The notes under the pieces were generated by a model. It did not search any database, had not been told where the DNA came from, and saw only the letters and a program-made list of their open reading frames with translations. DNA of 63,779 nucleotides, counting the filler, from Psammoneis japonica (taxonomy: Eukaryota), in the NCBI GenBank assembly GCA_008632985.1. It is 4 parts of 4 records of this genome, joined end to end, with 100 filler letters (N's around TTAATTAATTAA, not from the genome) between each part and the next. Parts side by side here need not be neighbours in the genome. Positions count along the whole stretch, not along the records: positions 1 to 17,438 come from QPGO01000477.1; 3 more parts are not named here. One strand, given 5' to 3'. How positions within the stretch are numbered: the first letter of the stretch is position 1; each line of letters begins with the position of its first letter. The translations under genes were made by a program, and so were the position numbers. This document shows positions 1 through 12,547 of this stretch, one piece after another.

Positions 1-108
1 TCAATGCAGAGGAATGATGACCTGACAAGGCCACAACCTGACAGAATGCCAATGGCAAGAGCAACAAGCTGAAGAGATCTCTACAAACTGGCCAGACAAA
101 CTGGCCAG

Positions 109-202
109 TGACAGCAGATGACACATGCACTGGTGAGAAAGAGAGAGAGAAGCAGATGTCAGAAGATCTGCTCATCTGTCTAAAGTGTCTGTTAGCTGTT
201 AC
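109..202. repeat. LTR-like fragment related to the LTR at 4569-4699
   Basis: Shares the core 'tgagaaag..gagaagcagat.tcaga..gatctgctc.tctgtctaaa' with ~4591-4640; begins TG and could end CA at 202. Boundaries uncertain. Confidence 0.35.
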
Positions 203-1738
203 ATGCATGAAGACAGTGACAATTGTGACAAATGTCATGAAGAGCATGTTGCAGGATGATGGGGCAACATTGTGCAGCCCCCTCCTTTTTTTGCCAAACG
301 TCCATTTTTTCTGGTGGCAAAACCAGTTTTTGTGCCTGGACATGAACACATGCATTGTTCAGCAATCAATGCAAATGCATTGTGCATTCACTGCAATGTG
401 TGAAAAATGTGTGTGCTCTGTGTGCAAGAAATTGTTGAATGTAAAAACCCACATGATGACACACATCTTCAGATGCACACATTTGAGATTTCAAATTTTT
501 CACCACTTGTCGAAATGTGACAACAATGGCGACCGCAAACACAATGTGCTCCATCAACAACAACAAACTCACCATGACACTGGCATGCATCAATGACATG
601 CATCGATGGATCATGATTTGTTTCACATGTGCATGCCTTGCTGTGCTTTGAAATTGATTGATCACATTGAAAACAGCTGAAACATTAAATTTTTTTCCCA
701 TCGCTTTTCGACCTCACAAGTCAACAATGAGCTGGTTGCACTCTCATGTGTAAATTCCATGACACATGAGTTCATGAGATGTGACACACTGTTGATTGCT
801 GTGGCTTTTGAAGGTGGTGCCATTGAGCATTGAGAAAATGGCAACCGCAGAGTCACCATGGTGAGGTGGTTTCTCACGGTTTCTGGCTGTGGCACACCAC
901 CGGTGAATTTGCACTGAATCTGAGTCATGCTTGTCAAGTTAGCATGGCTGCCAGTTTGCACATCATGTGCCCACCATTCTCAGTGGCAGGGCCGGCAGCA
1001 AAAAAAAAACAGTGATTTAGCAGAAAAAGAAGTGACTGAGATTTTCTAGTTTGCCCCAGACAGATGTGCCATGGATGATTTAAAAAGGCTGTTGTGGGCC
1101 AGTTGCTTCCCCCCAGTGTTGACCCATTTGGGGCATGTGGTCCTCTTGTGAATCTCCACACCACTCACATCCCCAAGGGCAGAGCAAGTCAATGTGGGTT
1201 GGGTGAGGCACCGATGGTGTTGTTGGTGATGCCAGGAAGCCAGCATTGTTCTTTCACCAAGACATCACCAAGGCAAGTCCCAAGAGCAAGTGGACATGTC
1301 AAAGAGTGGATTTCTTTAAATTGACTCCTGAGATGATCAACCATTAGATCCAGGACTGGATTGTTGGTCCTTGCAGCAAAACCATGAGAGAGAGAGACTT
1401 GTGGTGCTTGTGTGGAGCATTTGGTGGAGTGTGTCCATGATGCCTCACACTTGTTCAACAACATGGTTGATTGCACCAATTTGGGAAAGCACACACATCC
1501 ATTGATTTGCAAGTCAAAGGATGTCAGTGCCCATGCAACTGATGTGCCTGGTGACGTTGTGGTTGGCATGCCACAGGATTCAGTGGAGCCTGGATGTGAT
1601 GTGTCATAATGGAGCATTGGCGCAAGTGGCAGGAGTGTGTTGGAACATCCAAATCACAAGGGAAACACAAGAAAGCCACACGCATTGAAGAGAAGATGCT
1701 GTGGCTCCTCACATGGCAGATTCAGTGGCTCTTCACAA

Positions 1739-1948
1739 TTGAGATTTCATCATCACCAATCTCTCTCACCTTTCAGTTCATCTCACTATTTTGAGCAAGT
1801 AAAATCAAGAGCATTTGTGACAATTGCAGACAATTGTCACCAACNGCTCTTGATTTTCTACAATTGTCACCAATGCTCTTGATTTTACTTGCTCAAAATA
1901 GTGAGATGAACTGAAAGGTGAGAGAGATTGGTGATGATGAAATCTCAA
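1739..1948. repeat. Long inverted repeat, ~92-bp arms (1739-1830 / 1857-1948)
   Basis: Arms are reverse complements with about 2 mismatches; the spacer contains a single N and a short local duplication. Confidence 0.8.
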
Positions 1949-2334
1949 GATAAGCAGTCATGGAGAAATGCTCACTTGTCAGTCACTTGTTGCCTTTTGG
2001 TGGTTGTGACAGACCTTTAGAAGCATCTTGTTGATTTTTGTGTTGCTGTCTTGCTGAGACTGTGAGTGGCTGAACCTTGTCTGTCAGCTGGATTTACTCG
2101 CTTTGTCAGAGCTGAGTCAAAACTCACATTCAGTGAGTCACAACATGACAAAAAATGATTTTGATGGTCGTGTCATTGTGGCATGGTTATGGTGACAATT
2201 GTTGACTGACCAAAGGGTGTGCACTGCAATGTTTGTTGTTGCCTGGCATCAGCACATGCTCAAGCAGTGGAAAGACAAGGCCAGTCTCTGTGCTTCAAAT
2301 GGCTTGTGTGTCATTGTCAACACAATGTGATGCA

Positions 2335-4400
2335 ATGAGAAACTCTGCTTCTCTGCTGGTGCAGACATCACAATGGTGGCTGCTCCTCTGGATCCAATCA
2401 AGGCAGCACTGGATTGGATTGGATTCACTGACCCAGCTCACTGAGTCTCACTCCTGACAGACTTTGCATCATTGGAGGACTTTGAAGACCTCAAGGAGAG
2501 CAACATTGACTCACTTGCATCTTGTTGTGGGAGGATGACTGCCATTGAAGGGTGCACTCATTTTGGAGCAGCGTGCAGCCATTGTCTCAAATCTCTTGCT
2601 CACTGGGTCCAGGATTTCTGCCGTGTGAGTGAAAAAAGTTCTCACTGTTGGGGGCTTGGACCAAGTGTCTTTCCATTCTCAGTTGCAAATGATGCTCAGT
2701 TTTGCTGAAATTTGTCATTAGCAAAAGGACACCACAGAGTCTCTCAGCAAAGATGCTTCTCCTGGAGTGCTGGAGAATGAGAAAAGATGGATCAAATGGA
2801 GCATGGGTCTTGCAAACATGCTTGGCATTGTGCTCAGAGCATCTAGCATGCTGTTGGTGCACTGCACTTGCATCACAAGAACCCTCAACCTGATGGTCAC
2901 AACACCTTTGTTCAGAAGTGCATTGCCTGTGCACCACTTCATGGTCCAGCTTTTTGAAGCAGATGCTCCCACCATTCATTCATTGATCAAATCCCTTGCT
3001 TTGGCAATGCCAAGTGCTGATCAATGGTCAAAAGATCACAAGAGCAAGCAGAAGGGGCATGCAGACTGTCAAGCTCTCAGTGATCACTGTCAAGGGGGAG
3101 GCAACTCTTCCCATTGCATTTCTGAGACTGAGCGCTTGGAGATTGTGCTCCATCACAAGAGCAAGCATGTCATGCCATTTGAATCATTCATTGACAAGCT
3201 CCAAGAAATGTTCAACATTGTTGAGAAGAATGAGGAACCAAAGACAGAGGCTCAAATGTTGTTGAGACCTTGAAGGCACAGAACAAGTTTGGAAGGGGCA
3301 TCTTGTTCACCACTGGGGCCAATTGTCTTGCCGCAAAGGTTGCCACCCTTCCAGAGATGCTTGCACATTGATTTGCAATTGCGTCAGTCACCTCTGGAGG
3401 AGGGAGAGAGGGCAGTGCCACACACACCAGAATTGGGACCAGTTGAGCAAGGAGTGCTGCAAGCAGAAAGTTGTCATCAAGCACGTGCATCAAGGCACCA
3501 ACAAGAAGCCCAGAAACCCCAAGCATCATGCTGCATCTGTTAAATTGCTTGAGAAGAAGAATCAGAAGCTGTCATCGCAGCTCAAGGAAGGAAGCCACAA
3601 AATCTCTGCTCTCAATGCTGGGACTGACTCTGACTCTGGAGAGGGTGACTCAGGAGTCGAGGGCAAAAACAAGGACAATGCTGGGGACACATTCAGAGGA
3701 CATGGCAAATGGTGCACCAAAGAGGGGTCAATGACTCCTGAGCTAGACCCTGCTCTGTGGTCTCACCAAATTTGTTTTGTGGCTGCTGCACTTCAAGATT
3801 GCCAGAAGATTTGTGAGATCACCACCTCCACAAGATGCATCATGGCGGTGCCATCTGATCCACAAAACATCCACGTGCATGACATGAAGCAGGTGAAGCA
3901 TGGGCATCTTGAACTGGATTCGCATGCTGACACTGCTGTTTATGGTCAAAACTTTGCTCTCCCAGGTCATGCTTGATGGGAATGTGATGTGCCTCCTTGT
4001 GACCAGGGGTGCGAGTCCATCAAGAGCATCCCAATTGCATCAGTGGCCACTCTTGGACATCTCCCAGTCACGGGAGCAATGCATGTGCTTGTTTTTCATG
4101 AGGGCTTGTGGATGGCAGATTTTGTGGAGCACTCACTGTTGAACCCCACTCAGCCAGTTGCAGCATTTTGGCATTGTGGTTCAGGACAACCCCTGTTCCA
4201 AGTCACCATTGCACATCCTCACAGAGGGCAAGAGGAGTCAATGCTGCCCCTTCAAGTGATGGGGACTGGTGTCATTGCCGCCACTTGGACTCCTGCAGAG
4301 ATCAGGATCTCCACCAGTGCCCAAACATCCAGATGACCTCCCACCATCCTTGGGATCCACAAACTGTTGAGTTCAAGCAGTCAAGAACTGGATGATTCAT
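2335..4400 (+). pseudogene. Heavily decayed Ty1/copia (CoDi-like) gag-protease fragment
   Basis: Protease motif GHLELDSHADTAV at ~3900-3940; 'LVFHEGLWM..EHSLLNP' follows; gag-like 'FESFIDKLQEMF'. Many frameshifts and almost no Tyr. Confidence 0.7.
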
Positions 4401-4568
4401 GGAGGAAACAAAGTTGATCTGGCCCATCAAAAGCATTCAAACCAACACATGATGCACAAGCCCAGCAAAGATCCTGCTTGCTGCAATGCTCAGTCCAGGG
4501 GTTGTTGACAGAATGCCGAAGGTCGACAGTGACAGAGGCATGAAAGACTCCCTAAAGTGCCAGGACTG

Positions 4569-4699
4569 TGACAACACGAGTGCCAGTAGATGAGAAAGTG
4601 AGAAGCAGATCTCAGAGAGATCTGCTCGTCTGTCTAAATGGTCTAGCCATCATCCGCATCCAGTCTGTCCATCCTACAATAGGTGTGGATGGGCTGACA
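4569..4699 (-). repeat. Putative 3' LTR of the host copia element
   Basis: Minus strand reads TGTCAG...TTGTCA (TG..CA), directly preceded by the polypurine tract AGGGGAGGG (plus 4700-4708). The partner LTR is not visible. Confidence 0.55.
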
Positions 4700-5443
4700 C
4701 CCTCCCCTGATCTGCAACATCTCAACATAGAGAACAGTGCAGATCAAACCAAAGAATGGGGATGATGTGAGGAAAAAACAGAGAGACCAGACATGGGACA
4801 TGATGAGTGTCCATGCCCAATGCGCCATCAAACAAGGGGGCAATGCGCAGCAGGGAGGCCACCGTGGAAAAAAATATCAACAGCAGTGTCCCATCATGCG
4901 TCGAGCATGGCGGGCATGTGATGCCCAGCCAAGAGCCTTGGCAAGGTCATCGCTGGGGTTGACAATGCCAGGGACATGTCTTGTGACAATCTTGCCCGCT
5001 TCCTTCCATTCTTGAATCGCAAAAAACTGGATCTCAGTGTGACGGGAGCGCTCGGTCGGAATCGAGTGATTGATGATCTTGATCGCCGATTCGTTGTCAA
5101 CACATGACGGGGTTGGCTCCGTCTGAGGGAAGCCTGGGTTGTGTAAAACGTGATGAAGGTGCAGGACATGCTTGGCAGTGGTTCCAGCAGCACAAAATTT
5201 AGCTTCCGTAGAGCTCAGCGGTCACCGATTGGGTCTTGCACCGAAAAGATACAGCAGCACCAGCTAACATGCAAGCATGGCCAGTCGTAGAACGACGGTT
5301 GCGGAGGTCATTGCCACAAGCAGCATCCAAGAAAGCAACGAGTTGATGATCACATGCAGGACAAGGGAACGATGGTAAGGTCGGGTCCGGAGTGAGACGT
5401 TCGAAGGGGCAGGCAGGTAGTTTTGAGTCTCGGGCAGGCTTTT

Positions 5444-5719
5444 TGACAGGATTTGAACAGGATTTGGATGCACGCGAAGTATCGCGCGCTGTTTAGTTTA
5501 CCGCGCACAGTTTTGTGTGCTTTAGTTCCGCGCGTTCGCGCGCGATGTAGTTTGCTTTCGAGCCACAAGGCTCACAAGAATAATGACAGTAGCCCGATTA
5601 TACCGACTTACACGTCTTTCGGCTCCTGCAACGGTCTCTGAGCGGAGACTCATCTGCTATTTAGACAGCAGTAAGGAGTTATTGTTTGAATTCTTGCCAT
5701 TTGCCTTCATTTTCTGTCA
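5444..5719 (+). repeat. 5' LTR
   Basis: Direct repeat of 12272-12547 with 7 substitutions and no indels. Confidence 0.97.
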
Positions 5720-5734
5720 GATTAACAGTCTTGC
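5720..5734 (+). promoter_or_regulatory. Putative primer-binding site complementary to a tRNA-Asn(GUU) anticodon arm
   Basis: GATTAACAGTC immediately follows the LTR. Its reverse complement GACTGTTAATC is an anticodon loop CTGTTAA with flanking stem bases. There is no TGG start. Confidence 0.55.
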
Positions 5735-6659
5735 TCATTGTCAACCCATTGAGCAACCGCCATCGTCGTCGTTGATTTACCAACGACGCTATTTCAATTC
5801 TACGTGGACCTCCGTATATATTCTACATACATCGGCAAGTCTACGCGCATTCAATACCAGGGCATCGGCAGGAAGTTAACGTCACCGTCAAGTCTCCTTA
5901 CCGCTGGATATCTGGATTGATTATACTACCTTTGATCGCTGAAGACATACATTCAACGGTCATATCCAAGTCTATCCTTGATCCTCATCCCTTGATATAC
6001 CTATTCATCGGTTAACGGTCAAGAACCCTACATATTCAAGGATCTTCGTTGCTGAAGACATATATATATATACATATCTTCACGGCCAAGAACCTGTACC
6101 CACTCTTCGGACTACGGTTTTGCTACCACTCTACAAGCACACCGAGTCCATTGTACCTGATCTACCCCGGACTACTGGTGCTCTACAGTTCTACTAGGTC
6201 CACGAGGATGACTGTGAGAGCAAGCAGCCGTGATTACAACCTACGTTGGGGCGAGGGTGCTTTCCCGCGTTTGTTCGTTCGTCCACAGCGCCTAACGCCT
6301 ACGTCAACTGGCCAGCCTGATCGGGAAATCCAACCGATATAAAATAAGAACGGTTCGGGGGTCTTGTCCACCTCTAGTCAGCTTACCTGCAGGGGTTTAC
6401 AACCCGCTACTCCGCTCGTAAGCAACCCAAAGCGCCACTGGCTGCGGGTTCGGACGTGCCGGCACAACTCTACGGACCGGATAGGAAGTTTAGCACTTAA
6501 CAACGAACGGGATAACAAAGCCCGGCGACTTCTGATTTTAAGATAGTTCAAGATTTCAAGTCAAGTCCATTTCAAGTCAAGCCTGTTCTCACCCAAGTTT
6601 CGAGTCTACCTTCGCTTCCCAACCCCGAATTGATTGTCCTGACACCACTTTTGTCTACC

Positions 6660-9600
6660 ATGGTTCTCACTCGTCAGCAACAAACCGATGGTTTCGAGCA
6701 CGTTGTTGGAACCGTGCTTGCCCAAGGTGCTGGGAGTCCTCTTCGTTTAGCTTTGGCCCAAGACGGCACGGACTCGCATCAGGAACTATTCACGTTCATA
6801 CCGTCCCAAATCGACTCGCTTGAGTACGACAACGGCACTAATGTAATCCCTTTGCCCCGTGGTTATAAGAACATGTTAGCAGCACTAGTTAGCCTGTACA
6901 TTGTCAAAGCACACAAGGGGTCTTGACGTTGCCAACGACTCCTCTTTGTTCACGCATGACGAGTTCCTTGCCTGCCGCCTCAGCCCGGACTGCATGTCCT
7001 CTGTGTCCATCGGCAGCTCACCCCTTGCACCTCCACATGTCACCAACCCGACCAAGGCACACGACCCGGTGCGAGACTTCAAGCGAGGCATCAAGCGTGA
7101 TCCCACCGCTTTCACAGCTCTCAAATCCGACAAGCAGTGGCACACTTGGCACACCTCACTTGTGGCACAAGCCCGTGCCCAAGACGTCGAGTGCATTCTA
7201 GACTCGTCGTACAAACCGACCAGCCCCGAAGACAAACTGCTCTTTGCTGAACAGCAAAAGCACATGTTCGCCGTCTTCGAATGCATCCTTCTCACCGACA
7301 AGGGCAAGGCTCTCATTCGCGAAAATGTGGGGTCTTCTGACGCACAGACCGTCTACCGCTCCTTGTCTGAGTGCGCGCTTGCCTCCACCCGTGCATCTGT
7401 CGAGTCCTCCACCCTGCTCACGTACCTCACCACCGCATGTCTTGGTGATGGCACTTGGAAAGGCCCGACCCACGGGTTCATCCTTCATTGGCAAGATCAG
7501 TTGCGCAAGTACGAGGCGCTCATCCCTGCCAGTGACCACTTCTCTGAAGGACAGAAGCGCGTCATGCTCGAGAATGCCGTGCACCCTGTCGAGGAACTCC
7601 GTGCTGTCAAGAACCAAGCTGATCAGCACCGCACGCAGAGTGGCAAGAGCCTCACATACGATCAATGCTGTGGCTTGCTCCTCTCCGCGGCAGCTCAGTA
7701 CGACAGCACGTTTCAACCCAAGACGACACCTAGAGCTCCCCGACGCGCCATGTGCGCACACGACGTCTACTCCGAGGAACCATCCGACGATGTGTTCTAC
7801 GACATTGACAGCGACGTTGACGTCCTTCAAGCCAATGCTGCCTACACCCGCGGTCCCAGCCTCACCGGTGTCCAATGGAGACGTCTCCCTCCCGACCACC
7901 AACGGCTCTGGGATTCGTTGCCCGATTCCTCCAAGGCGATCATCCTTGAGCATTCTCGTCCGCCTCCCCGCAACCCGCGAGCCAGCAACTACCATGAGTC
8001 TGTTACGGCCAACCTTCACGACCAACACCTTGGGAGTGACGGTGATGTCAACTTGTCCAACACGACTCCTGCTGACTGTGGTGACCCGCCACATGTGGAC
8101 GCCACTTCGGATAATCCCATCCTGGCGCACCTCACCAAGCGCAAGCCACTGCCACCCGGTGATCTGCAACGTCTGTTGTCTCCTAACCAAGCCCCCAATG
8201 CCAGTCGACCGGGGCCATCCGCCGCTTCCTCTACCCCGCCAGCTTCTGCAGATAACACAGAACTTGACGGCTGCACTTGCCGCCGCGTTAACAACCACAA
8301 TGTCATTTACTCTGCCTCTGCTCATCGCTCCACACGCACTGGCGCTCTAGTCGATCGTGGGGCCAACGGCGGCATTGCTGGCGACGACGTTCGCGTCATC
8401 GCACGCACCTCTCGCCAAGTCGACGTTCAGGGCATTGACGATCATCAATTGGTGGACATCCCCATTGTCACCGCTGGTGCCGTCATTGAGACCCAGCGTG
8501 GTCCCGTCATCGCCATCCTCCATCAGTGCGCACACACGGGAAAGGGCAAGACCATCCATTCCTGCGGCCAGCTCGAATGGTACAAACAGGATGTCAACGA
8601 TCGCTCTGTCAAGGTGCCCAACGGCTTGCAACGTATTGCCACTCCTGATGGCTATGTCATCCCCATTGACATCAAGGCTGGCCTGCCTTGTGTTGCCATG
8701 CGACCTTACACTGACGCCGAATGGGACACCCTGCCCCATGTCATCCTCACCGGTGATGACACATGGGACCCTTCCGTCCTCGATCACTCTGTCACTGACG
8801 ACGACCAGTGGTACGACGTGATCTCTGACCTGCAGGACGATCCCACTGCCAACCTATTTGACGAATACGGCAACTGCCGTCACCGTGTCGTTGTCAACGA
8901 GACCATCTTGTCCGCTTCCTTGTCTGCCGATCACGCGTCCGCCCTCGATGATCACCTCATTCCGAACGACGACGTGTTCTACGAGTGTCATCTGCATGCG
9001 ATTGACCCCCAGGGCGATGACGTTCCACCTCCGGAGCGCACTGTACAGCCCAAGGACCCCCCCTTTGAGTCTCTTCGGCCTCACTTTGGCTTCCTACCTG
9101 CCGATGCGGTCCGTCGTACTTTTGACTGCACCACGCAGTGCGCCCGCATGCCCGCCGGTACACACCTTCGCAAGGCCTACAAATCACCCAACCCCGCCCT
9201 TAATGTGCACCGCCGCAACGAGCCTATCGCCACTGACACCGTTTATGCCGACACCCCGGCCGTCGACTCTGGTTGCACCAGCGCCCAACTGTTTGTTGGC
9301 ACCGCGTCTACCGTCACTGACGTCTACGGCACTAAGACGGACAAAGAGTTTGTCAACACACTCGAGGATCAGATCCGTGAACGTGGTGCCCCATCCAAAC
9401 TCATTAGCGACCGTGCTCAAGTTGAGATCAGCAACAAAGTGCTTGGGATCCTACGCGCCCTCTTCATCTCCAGCTGGCAAAGTGAGCCTCACCAGCAACA
9501 CCAAAACTTTGCCGAGCGTCGACACCAGACCGTGAAGCGCATGGCGAACACTGTCATGGACCGTTTTGGTTCGCCCGCCCACACATGGCTGCTGGCGCTC

Positions 9601-12324
9601 ATGTACGTGTGCTTCATACTCAACCACACAGCGTCCCCACGTCTCCACTGGCGCACGCCCCTCGAGACTCTCACTGGATCCACCCCGGACATCAGCCCAT
9701 TGCTTCGCTTTCACTGGTGGGAACCAGTGTACTTCCACCTCGATGACTCCGATTGGCCGTCCGAATCCCGTGAGTTGCGTGGACGCTTCGTTGGCATTGC
9801 TGAGCACGTCGGCCACCAGATGACCTTCAAGATCCTATCTGACGAGACTCAGAAGATCCTCTACCGGTCCAACGTTCGCTCCGCTACCCCCGATCCTGCC
9901 GTTCGAAACCTGCGTCTTGATCCTCCTGATGGGGAGCCACCTGAACCCATCATCAAATCTCGCCATGACGACAACCCCGTCGATTCTCCTGATGGGGAGA
10001 TCAGGACACCCAAGATGCCAGTTTTCGATCCGCAAGACATCATTGGACGACCTTCCTCATGCAGCCACAAGAGGACGGACAACGCCACAGAGCTCGCATC
10101 GTCAAGGCCGTCGAAGACCACGAATGGAAAGTGAACGGCAATCCCGAGCTCACTAAGTTCGTCTGCTCTGTCAACAATGACGAATACGAGGAAGTCCTTG
10201 CCTACAATGACATCATGAATCACATTGAGCAAGAAGACGAAGACACTGCTGTTTGGAAATTTCGACGCATTGTGTCACACGAAGGACCTCTGAAGCCTCA
10301 CGACCCAACCTGGAAAGGCTCAAGCTACAACATCATGCTTGAATGGGAGAGTGGGGAGATCACGTCCGAGCCTCTTGCCATCATCGCCAAGGACGACCCC
10401 GTCACCTGTGCCATCTATGCACGAGAGAACGGACTCCTCGACACGGATGGCTGGAAGCGGTTCCGCACTATCGCGAGGCGCCAAAAGAAGCTATTTCGCA
10501 TGGCCAACCAAGCCAAGCTTCGCTCCTTCCGCACTGCACCTCGCTGCAAGTACGGATACGAAGTTCCCCGGAACTACAAACACGCCATGTCACTAGACGA
10601 ACGCAACGGCAACCGCAAGTGGGGAGACGCAACTAATCTCGAGATGGACCAACTCGACGAATACGAAGTCTTCCATGACTGCGGGCCCTTCAAGTCTTCC
10701 ACTCCTCCTGCGGGACACAAGAAGATCCGAGTGCACCTGGTGTCGACGTGAAACACGACGGTCGCCACAAGGCACGACTCGTAGCCGACGGGCACCTCAC
10801 GGACGTACCATCGACAGTGTCCACTCCGGAGTAGTCTCCCTCCGTGGCCTTCGGCTGATGATTTTCCTGGCCGAACTCAACGAGCTGGAGACATGGGCCA
10901 CCGACATTGGCAATGCCTGCCTTGAAGCCACCACCAAGGAGAAGCTTTACATTGTAGCTGGACCCGAATTTGGCAAACTCGAAGGACACATCCTTGTCAT
11001 CCACAAGGCACTGTATGGACTGCGCAGCTCCGGTCTCCGCTGGCACGAGCGCTTCGCCGACTGCCTGCGAGCTGAAGGCTTCTTCCCCTGCCGCGCCGAA
11101 CCCGACATTTGGATGCGCAGGAACGGCGACCACTGTGAACACATTGCCGTTTATGTGGATGACCTCGCCATTGCCATGAAGGACCCTCAATCTTTCATCG
11201 ACACTCTCACGGAAAAGCACAAGTTCAAGCTCAAGGGCACAGGACCCATTGAGTTCCATCTGGGTTGCGACTTTTCCCGGGACCCCGACGGAACCTTGTG
11301 CCTGTCTCCGCGCAAGTACATCGAGCGCATGGTCGACAGCTACGCCCGACTGTTTGGGGAGAAACCTGCCACCAACGCCCTGTCACCTCTAGAGAAGGGT
11401 GACCACCCCGAACTGGACACTTCCGAACTGCTGGGACCCGATGGCATTCACAAGTTCCAGTCTCTTGTTGGTTCACTCCAATGGGCAGTGTCCCTTGGTC
11501 GAATTGACATTGCCACGGCTGTCATGTCACTCTCTAGCTTCCGAGCTGCGCCCCGTCAAGGCCACTTGGATCGTGCCAAACGCATCTGTGGGCACCTCTC
11601 CAAGATGCGACATGGTGCTCTCCGCGTTCGCACGGAAGAGCCCGACCATTCGGATCTCCCTGCTCCGGCCTATGAATGGATGCATTCCGTGTATGGTGAA
11701 GCAGAAGAGATGATCCCGAAGGACGCTCCACCGCCCCTTGGCAAGTTCGTCACTACCACCCACTGCGTCGATGCAAACTTGTGCCATTGCATGCTCACCG
11801 GACGCTCTGTCATGGGAATGCTCCACTTCCTCAACAAATTCCCGGCTGATTGGTTCTCCAAGAAACAAGCCACCGTGGAGACTGCAACCTGCGGATCTGA
11901 ATTTGTTGCCGCAAGGAATTGTGTTGAGCAGATTATCGACCTGCGCATCACCCTGCGCTACCTTGGCGTCCCGATCCGTAATGTCAGTTACATGTTCGGT
12001 GACAACAAGTCGGTTGTAGACAGTGCCACCATCCCGCACTCCAAGTTACACAAGCGACACACCGCACTGTCGTTCCACCGTGTGCGTGAGGCAATTGCCT
12101 CTGGTTACCTTGAGTTCCACTTCATCGAAGGCTCCCGCAACCCTGCTGACATTCTCAGCAAGCATTGGGGTTACTCCCAAATCTGGGGCCTTCTCCGCCC
12201 CCTCATGTTCTGGAACTTCATTCCATCCGAAGTCGAATCTGTTTCTGTGGCTCCTCAAGCAAACTGGGGAGTGACAGGATTTGAACAGGATTTGGATGCG
12301 CGCGAAGTGTCGCGCGCTGTTTAG
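6660..12324 (+). pseudogene. gag-pol polyprotein (frameshifted, with many Tyr to Cys/His changes)
   Basis: ATG at 6660; protease LVDRGANGG; integrase (ATDTVY, ISDRAQ, QNFAER); RT YVDD; RNase H (VDAN, SEF, GDNKSV, NPADILSK). Frameshifts near 6900, 10050, 10742 and 10808. The stop lies inside the 3' LTR. Confidence 0.92.
12261..12271 (+). promoter_or_regulatory. Polypurine tract
   Basis: AAACTGGGGAG directly abuts the 3' LTR. Confidence 0.7.
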
Positions 12325-12547
12325 TTTACCGCGCACAGTTTTGTGTGCTTTAGTTCCGTGCGTTCGCGCGCGATGTAGTTTGCTTTCGAGCCACAAGGCT
12401 CACAAGAATAATAACAGTAGCCCGATTATACCGACTTACACGTCTTTCGGCTCCTGTAACGGTCTCTGAGCGGAGACTCATCTGCTATTTAGACAGCAGC
12501 AAGGAGTCATTGTTTGAATTCTTGCCATTTGCCTTCATTTTCTGTCA
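12272..12547 (+). repeat. 3' LTR
   Basis: Direct repeat of 5444-5719, followed by TSD CTTTT. Confidence 0.97.

Larger units (their letters stand above)
5444..12547 (+). mobile_element. Full-length Ty1/copia (CoDi-like) LTR retrotransposon
   Basis: Two 276-bp LTRs with TGACAG...CTGTCA ends; 5-bp TSD CTTTT (5439-5443 and 12548-12552); gag-PR-IN-RT-RH order. Confidence 0.97.

Noticed and set aside
7198..8325. 375-aa antisense ORF within gag-pol
   Set aside because: Shadow ORF of GC-rich coding sequence with reduced stop frequency; no motifs.
6890..10810. Programmed ribosomal frameshifts in the copia polyprotein
   Set aside because: Most shifts look like single-base losses in short runs inside conserved motifs (VFDVK, DVPID, GRTFL), and similar indels occur in host genes. 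Consensus errors or decay are more likely.
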